A stretch of DNA of 43,714 nucleotides from an uncultured delta proteobacterium (GTDB lineage: Bacteria > Desulfobacterota > Binatia > UBA9968): the NCBI GenBank assembly GCA_963755715.1, contig CAVWLW010000047.1, positions 1 to 43,714 of the forward strand, in the 5' to 3' direction. The position numbers were made by a program, and so were the translations under genes. Of this stretch, positions 1 through 8,626 are shown in pieces. The number at the start of each line of letters is the position of its first letter. Position 1 is the first letter of the stretch. Under the pieces are notes generated by a model. It ran no database searches and was not told the DNA's origin. It saw only the letters and a program-made list of their open reading frames with translations.

Positions 1-246
1 CGGCGCCGGGAAGCTGTAGGGCTGGTTGGAATCGTCTTGACGGTGATCGGGCTGTACCTTCATAGTCCCACGCCCGAACAACTCTTCGCTGCTGATTTAC
101 CCATGACACAATTGATTCTCAATCATGTGTCCAAAATCTGCCCATGGAGCTAGTTAATTCCGAGCTTGCTCAACTGGCAATCCCGTAAATGGCAGTTTAT
201 TTAGGTGGTATTATCTGACAAAAACTGCCATAATTTACTATTCGCT

Positions 247-292
247 ACTACGAATCTGGGAATGGAGGGTTCGAATCCCTCCGGGCGCGCCA
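247..292 (+). pseudogene. 3' half of tRNA-Arg(ACG), degenerate; possible att-site remnant
   Basis: ACTACGAAT anticodon loop, T-arm agggTTCGAATccct, acceptor 3' strand ccgggcgcGCCA; no D-arm or 5' acceptor strand upstream. Confidence 0.75.
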
Positions 293-343
293 ACCAATGA
301 GGGTTGCGATCAATAAATTTTCACATGCCGATGTTTTCGACCG

Positions 344-637
344 ATGCTGGAAATGCCGTTCGGGGCATCGCCTAAATTCCCTACTGTTTGTTTCCTTCTT
401 TCCCTCGCGGTCCCTGGCTGTGAGACGACCACCACCACGATGCCTGGTCCTTCAAGCGGCTCCACCGGTAGAAGAGAAGCGCCGCGCGGCTTTTTTGACA
501 AATTGACCGATGCAATAACCGAGCGGGAATGTAGCGTTGCCCATTTCACATGTCCCTACGGTTTCGGGCCCGCCGACGAACCTTGTGACTGTACGGACCC
601 GCGTGGAGTTGTCTTACAAGGTCGTACGGTCAAGTGA
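344..637 (+). CDS. small putative lipoprotein with 4-Cys C-terminal domain
   Basis: Hydrophobic stretch ending LAVPG-C (lipobox-like), T/S/G linker, then C-x6-C...C-x-C; start uncertain. Confidence 0.5.
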   Translation: MLEMPFGASPKFPTVCFLLSLAVPGCETTTTTMPGPSSGSTGRREAPRGFFDKLTDAITERECSVAHFTCPYGFGPADEPCDCTDPRGVVLQGRTVK

Positions 638-854
638 CACTAAATGTGAATTGTACTTTTTTGTAACTAGCCTTTAAAAGTCAGGCAAGAGCCTGCCATG
701 TGACCTTTTTTAGTGAACGCGGCCAATTCATAGTAGTTTTCACCTCATTCTAGTAATTTTTCGCATACGTCGTTGGCTTGAACACGATACCAACGTCGCA
801 CGCCCCTTAGGTATAGTTGTTGCTCTGGCGAATCGTCTGAGGTGATCGCAAAAA

Positions 855-1262
855 ATGGTGAACGCATCGCGTCACAAAATATTGATCATCGAGAAACAGC
901 CCAACTATACCCAACTCTTGGTCAAGCAGGTTCTCTTTGCCGGATTGCTTCCGTTGATCGCGGTGACCGGGGAAGGAGGGCTGCGAAAAGCGATCGAGCA
1001 TCATCCGGATTTGATCTCCTTCGAGTTGGACCTTACGGATATGGACGGCCTGGAATTCGTGTCGCTACTTAAAGAAAAACCTCAACTTGAACAAATTCCT
1101 ATCATTGCTATGAGCATCTTTCCGTACATGAAGAATGCTGCGTTGTATGGGGGGTGCGATGATTTTCTAAAAAAACCGGTGAAAATGATCGATTTGATGG
1201 GCCACATCAGGCGATTCCTATACGAAGCTCCATCCGTCTCTCCGAAACGATTGGCTCGATAA
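855..1262 (+). CDS. single-domain response regulator receiver (CheY-like), atypical
   Basis: KILIIE, PDLISFEL..MDG, IPIIAMS, GCDDFLKKP; the phospho-acceptor Asp position holds Glu. Confidence 0.85.
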   Translation: MVNASRHKILIIEKQPNYTQLLVKQVLFAGLLPLIAVTGEGGLRKAIEHHPDLISFELDLTDMDGLEFVSLLKEKPQLEQIPIIAMSIFPYMKNAALYGGCDDFLKKPVKMIDLMGHIRRFLYEAPSVSPKRLAR

Positions 1263-1482
1263 GCCGGCCTTCCTGCATTTTTTCCTGTAAATATTTGACT
1301 CGTTGATGCCAGTTTGCTTTTCCTGCGACCTTTGATCGCCCCTCCGCGACGGCCGAAGAAAGGCCTTGTCGTGTTCCTAGGAAAGATGTACTAGAACGAT
1401 AGAGATCATATTGCGTTTTGATTGCAGAGTGTTACGAGACATTTCTAGCCAAACGGACTAAATCGTAAAGGAGGCCAGGGCC

Positions 1483-2301
1483 ATGTCAGTTGTAACCATT
1501 GCTCACGCAGCCTTCAGTGGCGGGAATGCAATAGCTGAGAAGGTCGCATCCCTGTTGAATTATCGCTCGGTTGCTCGGGAAGTCCTAATCGAAGCGAGTA
1601 AACGCTACGGCATACCCGAGGCGAAGTACACTGAAGTGCTCGAAGGCGAGGGGCATTGGTGGGAACGTTGGCGAGAAAGCGTTCGGCTTTACCGCATCAC
1701 TCTGCAAGCCGCCATGTGTGAAGTCGCCGAAGAAGGCAATTTGGTTTATTACGGGCGTGCCGGCCAACAATTGCTGCCTGGCATTCCTCATGTGCTCAAA
1801 GTCCTGATCGTTGCGCCGGTGGAGTATCGCATCGAATTGGTGCGGGCGCAGCAAGGAATGGATAGCGAAAGCGCGCGGCAGTATGTGCGCGAGTTGGATC
1901 GAGTGCGCAGCCGACGTTTTCGCGCGGTCTTCAACGCCGACTGGCAAGATCCGATTGGACACGATTTGGTATTGAACAGCGGTAGGTTCTCCCCGGAGGT
2001 GGGCGCAGCGCTGATCGCCGACACGGTGCGACGGCCGGAATTTCAACCGACGCCGGAATCAATAAAGGCATTTCAAGATTTGGCCACGACGGCGCGCGTC
2101 CAAGCCGCATTGATCACCTCGGCGAAAACTCGCAACGTTGTATTGAACGTTAAGAGCGACAACGGTACGGTCACCATCTCCGGGATCTTGGCCGATCCTG
2201 ATTTGGAAAAAGAGATCGTGCGTATCGCCAAGAGCGTTGCGGGGGTGTTGGAGATCGTTACCGACATCGAACCGCCGCCGATCGAATACATGCATCCGTA
2301 A
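1483..2301 (+). CDS. cytidylate kinase-like family protein with C-terminal BON domain
   Basis: VVTI...SGG.IAEKVA N-terminus, VYYGRAG, HDLVLNS; C-terminal V...NGTVTISG...AKSVAGV BON pattern; RBS AAGGAGG. Confidence 0.85.
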   Translation: MSVVTIAHAAFSGGNAIAEKVASLLNYRSVAREVLIEASKRYGIPEAKYTEVLEGEGHWWERWRESVRLYRITLQAAMCEVAEEGNLVYYGRAGQQLLPGIPHVLKVLIVAPVEYRIELVRAQQGMDSESARQYVRELDRVRSRRFRAVFNADWQDPIGHDLVLNSGRFSPEVGAALIADTVRRPEFQPTPESIKAFQDLATTARVQAALITSAKTRNVVLNVKSDNGTVTISGILADPDLEKEIVRIAKSVAGVLEIVTDIEPPPIEYMHP

Positions 2302-2338
2302 AGCGCGCCGAACGCAATTGTTTTTCCGGTAACAGGAC

Positions 2339-2857
2339 ATGTCGGAATTCGAAGCTCACGATATTGATTTTATGAAGCTCGCTTTGGCCGCCGCCAAAGA
2401 AGCTGCCAGCCGTTGGGAAGTTCCGGTTGGGGCCGTTGTCGTGGCGGCTGGAGAAGTAATCGGCACGGGTTATAACTGCCGCGAAGAGCGCCAGAGTCCG
2501 CTCGGACATGCCGAAATCGTGGCCGTCGAAGAAGCGTCCAAGCAGTTGGGTACTTGGCGTCTCGATCAATGTGATATCTATGTCACGCTCGAACCCTGCC
2601 TCATGTGCATGGGCGCGATCTTGCAGGCGCGAATTCGCAAGTTAGTGTTCGCCTCTCTCGATCCGAAGGCCGGCGCGGTTGAATCTCTTTATCGATTATG
2701 TGAGGATCAACGACTCAATCATCAATTACCGGCGCTAGGCGGCGTTCTAGCCGATGAATCCGCGGCTTTACTTGCGGATTTTTTTGCGCGCCTAAGATCG
2801 CGCAAACGAGATACACGAAAAGCGGAGAGGTGGCCGAGCCCGGTTGAAGGCGCTTGA
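2339..2857 (+). CDS. tadA: tRNA adenosine(34) deaminase
   Basis: EVPVGAVVV, HAE, TLEPCLMCMGAI, DPKAGA, RLNH motifs. Confidence 0.95.
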   Translation: MSEFEAHDIDFMKLALAAAKEAASRWEVPVGAVVVAAGEVIGTGYNCREERQSPLGHAEIVAVEEASKQLGTWRLDQCDIYVTLEPCLMCMGAILQARIRKLVFASLDPKAGAVESLYRLCEDQRLNHQLPALGGVLADESAALLADFFARLRSRKRDTRKAERWPSPVEGA

Positions 2858-2915
2858 CTCGAAATCAAGTTTACCCGTAAGGGTAACGGGGGTTCGAATC
2901 CCTCCCTCTCCGCCA
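2824..2915 (+). tRNA. tRNA-Ser(CGA)
   Basis: GGAGAGG/CCTCTCC acceptor stem, anticodon arm cttga-CTCGAAA-tcaag, long variable arm, GGTTCGAATCC, encoded CCA. Confidence 0.97.
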
Positions 2916-3079
2916 ACTATTCTCCATAACCAATCTTCTACTGTGGGGCGCGAGGTTTCGCTTTTGCAAGATTTGTACGAGAGTAGATCGCAGCGATTTT
3001 GAAAGGTGGATTGTTTAGCAGTCTGAAAGTCTAGCGAAGAAATTGCTTGAAAGCTTTTGCCGCGAAGTCTGCGAATCCG

Positions 3080-3361
3080 TCAAAAACTTTTTTTTAGGTC
3101 CCAGGACCAGGCCCCCCGGTCGTCGAAAACTGCTTCCTTGAACAGGACATCATAAAAAACTTCGATCATCTCGCCGTTACCACGCATGCGCGCAACTCTG
3201 AGGGACGTCCAAATATCTTCCCAGGGAATCAACTTGGCGGGTCGGCTGTGTTCGGGTGCGTTTTCGCTCGCAATTCTAGACTCAATGCGGTCCCTGATTG
3301 TCGAGATCGTCGGCGTCGACCTTTTGTGATTGCGGTTGTTGCGATTAACACGCTGAGTCAT
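3080..3361 (-). CDS. hypothetical protein
   Basis: 93-aa ORF with protein-like C-terminus, preceded by a sigma54-like motif. Confidence 0.5.
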   Translation of the reverse strand: MTQRVNRNNRNHKRSTPTISTIRDRIESRIASENAPEHSRPAKLIPWEDIWTSLRVARMRGNGEMIEVFYDVLFKEAVFDDRGAWSWDLKKSF

Positions 3362-3447
3362 TTCTGTCTTGCTCTTTGCAAATGTGTAAGTCTTGTGAAC
3401 AAAATTACGGATCAGCGCGATCTGACGAACCGATTTCGCGGTTGTTT

Positions 3448-3465
3448 GAGCAAGTGCAATGCCAG
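3448..3465 (-). promoter_or_regulatory. sigma54 -24/-12 promoter-like motif
   Basis: Minus strand cTGGCAttgcacTTGCt, exact GG-N10-GC spacing. Confidence 0.6.
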
Positions 3466-3792
3466 GCTTTAGAATTATGTAGATTCAGTGGCTTGGCGAT
3501 CTTTTTCTAAACCCAAAATCGTAAACGGTCTTAACACATTACAGCGAGGTTAAATTCCGACACGATCACCGCTAAATTAATTCCATTTGAATCAACATTT
3601 AAGCCATATTTTTAAAGTAATATCTTGTGTGTAAATAAACGTAAGATGATTTGACACTGAAGAAAAAATGGTCGCACCAAGGGAGACGATAAAAAGATAA
3701 TTCGAAGCAAGTCACCAATTTGTAGAAAATCGAGCGGCACTATGATAGCGTCGAACTATTCGCCGGCTAGCGTTGAGGATGCACGCTGAATC

Positions 3793-3886
<94 letters not shown>

Positions 3887-3960
3887 AAGCCGGATTTTAA
3901 TCGAACACAGCGATTTTAGTAACGACCGCAAGCGAGTAGGCAGCAATTCTGTCGATAGCA

Positions 3961-4092
<132 letters not shown>

Positions 4093-4161
4093 TTAAAAAA
4101 TCTGCGGCGCCAAGCCGAGGCGTGAATCTGCCTCGTCCATTGGCCGCTTCGCTTCAAACCT

Positions 4162-5834
4162 ATGTCGTATCTGGTGATTGCACGGAAATGGCGTCCGCAA
4201 ACCTTTGCGGATATCGCCGGGCAGGAGCATATTACCCGAACCCTGCAGAACGCCATCCGCGCCAATCGGATTCCACACGCATTTCTGTTCACCGGCGTGC
4301 GCGGAGTAGGCAAAACAACCGCAGCGCGAATTCTCGCCAAGGCGTTGAATTGCGATAATGGGCCAACCGCTACTCCGTGTGGCGTCTGCGCTCAATGTCA
4401 TGAGATTGCCCAGGGCAATTCGATCGACGTTCTCGAAATCGACGGTGCGTCCAATCGCGGCATCGATGAGATTCGCCAGATCATCGAAAATGTCCGCTAT
4501 CAACCGGCTCAATGCCGATTTAAGATTTACATCATCGATGAAGTTCATCAGGTCACCAAAGATGCGTTCAACGCGTTGTTGAAGACTTTGGAAGAACCTC
4601 CGCCATCGGTCAAATTTATTCTCGCGACCACCGAACCGCATCGCCTGCCGGCGACCATTCTTTCGCGTTGCCAGCGTTACGATTTTCGCCGCATTAGTTT
4701 GCGGGAAATCGTCCAGCGGCTCGACGCGATCGCAAAAAGCGAAGGTCTTAAGATCACCGAAGGAGCGTTGGTTTTGCTGGCACGCGAGGCTGACGGCAGC
4801 ATGCGCGACGCGCAATCTCTGTTGGAACAGGTGCTCGCTTTCGGGGCGCCCATGCAGGATAGCGCGGTGCAGGAAGTCGATGAAGTTCTCTTGCAGGAGA
4901 TTCTCGGCCTGGCGCAGCGGCGCACACTTTACGAAATTTCAGCGGCGGTGCTTCAGGCCGACGCGCGAAAATGCGTCGAGTTGGTAGCCCAAACTGTGCA
5001 CCAAGGTTGCGACATCGGCCGTCTGGCGCGCGATCTGGTGGAACATTTCAGAAATCTTCTAGTCGTGCGACTTGCGCCGGGCGGCGGCACCAGCCCATCG
5101 GCTGCGCTCCAAACGTTTGCTGGTGGTGGACAGCTGTTGGACTTGCCCGACCAGGAGATGGTCGATCTGGCCGAGCAGGCGCGGCCGATCTCGATCGACA
5201 CACTGCTTGACTATTTCGACTTTATGGCGGCCGGTGAAGAGGAGATTGCCCGTTCCACGACGCCGCGATTCGCCTTGGAAAGTACTTTGATTCGTCTAGC
5301 CGGTTTGCCCCAAACGCTGCCAGTGACAGAATGGATCGAGCGTTTAGAACGGTTGGAGGCAAAAGCTTCATCGGGCGGGCGCACCGAAAGCTTAGCGCCG
5401 CGTAGAGAGAAGGTCGCGGCGCCAGCCGAGCCGTCGGCGGTGATTGCCGGGACCGTCGAGCCGGACGCTGGCGCGACCGGCGGCTGGCGTGAGTTTATTG
5501 CTTTTGTCGGTCGTGAAAAAAAATTCTTGGCATCGCATCTCGAATCCGGCGTGCCGCTTGAGTTAGCCTCCGGGCATATGAAGATTGGCGTGGCCGAACG
5601 CCAGCATTTGGCTTTTTTGCTCGACAGCGATAATCTTTCGAGCCTGCGCGATCTGGCCAAAAGATTTTTCGCGCAGGACGTCACCGTGCAAATCGTCAAT
5701 CTTGCCGCCGACGGCGTGCCAAAGTCGGCCGACCCGTTCGGGCCTGCGGCCGGAGGTACGGCGACGAACGCAGCCCGATGGTTAAAGAAGCGCTGCGTAT
5801 TTTCGGCGGCTCCGTGCGCAACGTGCGGCGATAA
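4162..5834 (+). CDS. dnaX: DNA polymerase III subunit gamma/tau (apparent 1-nt deletion near 5760)
   Basis: ARKWRPQTF, GVRGVGKTT, IDEVH, SRC; the family-like C-terminus SPMVKEALRIFGGSVRNVRR* is in the -1 frame ending TAA 5834. Confidence 0.9.
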
Positions 5835-5889
5835 AACAATTAGCGTTTGCACTTTTCGTAAAGGACGGTCAGAGGCGAGGAGAAAGACA

Positions 5890-6213
5890 ATGGCGAGTAT
5901 CGGCGCGATGGGCAATCTGTTGAAACAGGCTCAAGACATGCAGGCGCGAATGGCCAAGATACAGGAAGAGCTGGCTAACAAAACCGTCGAGGGATCGGCC
6001 GGCGGCGGCATGGTCCAGGTCACCGTCAACGGTCAGTTCAACGTCACGGCGGTTAAAATAGAAGCGTCGGTGATCAACGCCGCGGAAAAGGACATGTTGG
6101 AAGATCTCATTCTCGCGGCGGTCAACGACGGCGTGCGCAAAGCGCGTGACTTGGTGTCGTCGGAAATGAGTAAAATCACCGGAGGACTGAAGATCCCAGG
6201 ACTGATGCCATGA
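5890..6213 (+). CDS. ybaB: YbaB/EbfC nucleoid-associated protein
   Basis: MGNLLKQAQ.MQ...GSAGGGMV...LEDLILAAVND; own ATG with GAGGAG RBS; between dnaX and recR. Confidence 0.93.
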   Translation: MASIGAMGNLLKQAQDMQARMAKIQEELANKTVEGSAGGGMVQVTVNGQFNVTAVKIEASVINAAEKDMLEDLILAAVNDGVRKARDLVSSEMSKITGGLKIPGLMP

Positions 6214-6830
6214 GTTTGTATCCCGCCCCGCTCGCTCGCCTCGTCCAGGAATTATCGAAGCTTCCCGGCATCGGAGAAAAAACCGCGGCTCGTTTGGCCT
6301 TTCACATGTTGAAGGGAACAAGGGATGATGTTTTACGTTTGGCCGACAGCATCGGCAAGTTGCGCCAGGAGATGGGACTCTGTCAAGGCTGCTTCGGTTT
6401 TAGCGAAATCCACGCGCAAAACGAAGACGGCACGCGCTGCGATATTTGCCGCAATCTCGAGCGCGAACGCGACAAGATTTGCGTGGTCGAAGAACCGTCT
6501 GACTTGATCGCCGTCGAAAAGTCGCATGAGTTCCGTGGGCTCTATCACGTTCTGCATGGGACGATTTCGCCGCTCGACGGCATGGGGCCGGACGCCTTGC
6601 GCATCAAAGAACTGCTCGAGCGATTGCGTGACGGCGGCGTGCGCGAGGTAATTGTCGCGACCAATCCGACCATGCAAGGCGAAGCGACGGCGCTTTACCT
6701 CTCGAAGGTCATCAAGCCGATGGGTGTTTCGGTCACGCGCATCGCGCGCGGTCTACCAATGGGCGGCGATCTTGAGTACACCGACGCCGTAACTTTGGGA
6801 AAAGCTTTGGAAGGAAGGCGGGAAATCTAA
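6210..6830 (+). CDS. recR: recombination mediator RecR
   Basis: LPGIGEKTAARLAF HhH, C4 zinc finger, YHVLHG, TOPRIM ATNPT.QGEATA, GLPMGGDLEY. Confidence 0.97.
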   Translation: MSLYPAPLARLVQELSKLPGIGEKTAARLAFHMLKGTRDDVLRLADSIGKLRQEMGLCQGCFGFSEIHAQNEDGTRCDICRNLERERDKICVVEEPSDLIAVEKSHEFRGLYHVLHGTISPLDGMGPDALRIKELLERLRDGGVREVIVATNPTMQGEATALYLSKVIKPMGVSVTRIARGLPMGGDLEYTDAVTLGKALEGRREI

Positions 6831-6859
6831 GCATCCGTTTGTTCGACGACGTTTTTACC

Positions 6860-7894
6860 TCAGCGCAAAATCTTTCTCGCGATATCGATCGCCACCCAGC
6901 ATAACATCGCGATCAACGCCGATGCCGGGATCGTCAAGACCCACGCCCAAACAATTCTTCCGGCGACATTCCAGCGCACCGAGCGAAGCCGTCTAAGCGA
7001 GCCGACGCCGACGATAGCGCCAGTGATTGTATGAGTGGTCGAGACGGGGATACCGAAATGAGCCGCGCTGAAAAGCGTCATCGCCCCCGCCGCTTCGGCG
7101 GCGAAACCGCCGATGGGTTGCAGGCGGGTGATCCTCGATCCCATCGTGTGAACGATGCGCCAGCCGCCCGACAGAGTGCCGAGACTGATGGCAGCGTGGG
7201 CGAGTAACACGATCCAATACGGGATGGCAAGTTTGCCAACAGCGTCACTGACCAGGTAGCGATATTCGGGCACGATAAACAGCGCTCCAGCGATGATCCC
7301 CATGGTCTTTTGCGCGTCGTTGGTGCCGTGACCGAGGCTATACGCCGCCGCGGAGATCAGCTGGCCGCGGCGAAAAATGTGATCCACGTTGGACGGGATC
7401 GAACGTTTAAATATATTAAGAATGAGGACGAGATTCAGCATTCCCAGTCCCATGCCCAATAACGGGGCCAGTACGATGAAGATCAGCGTGTTGACCCATC
7501 CGGCGGGAATAATGACACCCAGGCCGGCTTTGGCGATTCCCGCGCCGGCATAGGCGCCGATCAGCGCGTGCGAGGAACTGGTCGGCAAACCGACGTACCA
7601 GGTAATCAGATCCCAAGCGATCGCGCCGAGCAGCCCGGCGAGAATCACATAGGCATCCACTTGTTGAACGTCGAGCAGGCCGCTGCCAATGGTTTTGGCG
7701 ACGGCGGTGCCAAAGGTAAACGCCGCGACAAAGTTCCAGACCGCCGCCCAAGCGACCCCTTGGAGCGGTGTCAGCACGCGGGTGGAAACGACGGTCGCAA
7801 TCGAGTTTGCGGCATCGTGAAAGCCATTGACGTAATCGAAGATCAACGCGATCGCGATGATCAGAACGGTCAAAACGAAAATCGGATCAGCCAT
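6860..7894 (-). CDS. pit: inorganic phosphate transporter, PiT family
   Basis: NGFHDAANSIAT, GLPTSSSHAL, HGTNDAQK, PVSTTH signatures. Confidence 0.95.
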   Translation of the reverse strand: MADPIFVLTVLIIAIALIFDYVNGFHDAANSIATVVSTRVLTPLQGVAWAAVWNFVAAFTFGTAVAKTIGSGLLDVQQVDAYVILAGLLGAIAWDLITWYVGLPTSSSHALIGAYAGAGIAKAGLGVIIPAGWVNTLIFIVLAPLLGMGLGMLNLVLILNIFKRSIPSNVDHIFRRGQLISAAAYSLGHGTNDAQKTMGIIAGALFIVPEYRYLVSDAVGKLAIPYWIVLLAHAAISLGTLSGGWRIVHTMGSRITRLQPIGGFAAEAAGAMTLFSAAHFGIPVSTTHTITGAIVGVGSLRRLRSVRWNVAGRIVWAWVLTIPASALIAMLCWVAIDIARKILR

Positions 7895-8516
7895 TTTTGA
7901 TCACGACTCGTTGCAATACGTCGGCCACGTCTTCCATCGTGTCGGTGGTTTCCTCGAGCATCTCGTAAATTTCTTTCCAGCGAATTAAATTATAGAGGTC
8001 GTCCTTGTGGTTGACGATTTCCACAAGCGCTTCGCGCAGGATCCGGTCGCCGTTGTTCTCGATCGTATTGATTTCCTTGATATGCTCCGTCACGAGGCGA
8101 AAATTCTTTTTTTCTCGAAGGTTGGGCATCGCCATATGAAGTTCGCCGGCGCCGCTGCGGATCAGATGCCCCAGTTGACGCGCCTTTTCTGTCGGAGCCT
8201 CGATGCGAAAAATCAGCATGCGCACGGCCGTCGCTTCGATTTTGTCTACCGAATCGTCGAGAGCGGAGATCAGTCGTTCGACATCTTCGCCGTCCAACGG
8301 AATGATGAGCGTGTGCATCAGCAGATGCATGACCTCGTGCACGATAAAATCGCCGCGGTGCTCCAACTCGGTGATCCGGGCGACTTTGCTTTCTACCTGC
8401 TCGTAGTGGTCCAAAAGATCTTCCAATGCCTCCGCCGCCTCGAGTAAATTGCCGGTGGCTTTTTCGAACCACTCGTAGAATTTCGTCTCAGCTGGCAGGA
8501 ACTGAAATTTTGCCAT
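7887..8516 (-). CDS. DUF47 phosphate transport regulator (PhoU-like)
   Basis: ELEHRGD, IENNGD, IRWKEIYEMLE..TD..EDVAD; overlaps pit start. Confidence 0.93.
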   Translation of the reverse strand: MAKFQFLPAETKFYEWFEKATGNLLEAAEALEDLLDHYEQVESKVARITELEHRGDFIVHEVMHLLMHTLIIPLDGEDVERLISALDDSVDKIEATAVRMLIFRIEAPTEKARQLGHLIRSGAGELHMAMPNLREKKNFRLVTEHIKEINTIENNGDRILREALVEIVNHKDDLYNLIRWKEIYEMLEETTDTMEDVADVLQRVVIKNG

Positions 8517-8626
8517 GTTCGCTCCAAAAATCGGCTATGAGATGGAAGTTTGAATAAAAGGAATCGGGACGCGATGGAATCTAGCATGCGTCCAGAGTGG
8601 CTTCAACCGAAACGAGTGGTCGAGGA

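Noticed and set aside
1-153. Open frame at the window edge (RRREAVGLVGIVLTVIGLYL...)
   Set aside because: Partial with no recognisable motif; cannot be supported.
4162-6213. 683-aa DnaX-YbaB fusion in the ORF track
   Set aside because: The family-like DnaX C-terminus and stop are in the -1 frame (TAA 5834), ybaB has its own RBS and ATG, and the window is indel-prone.
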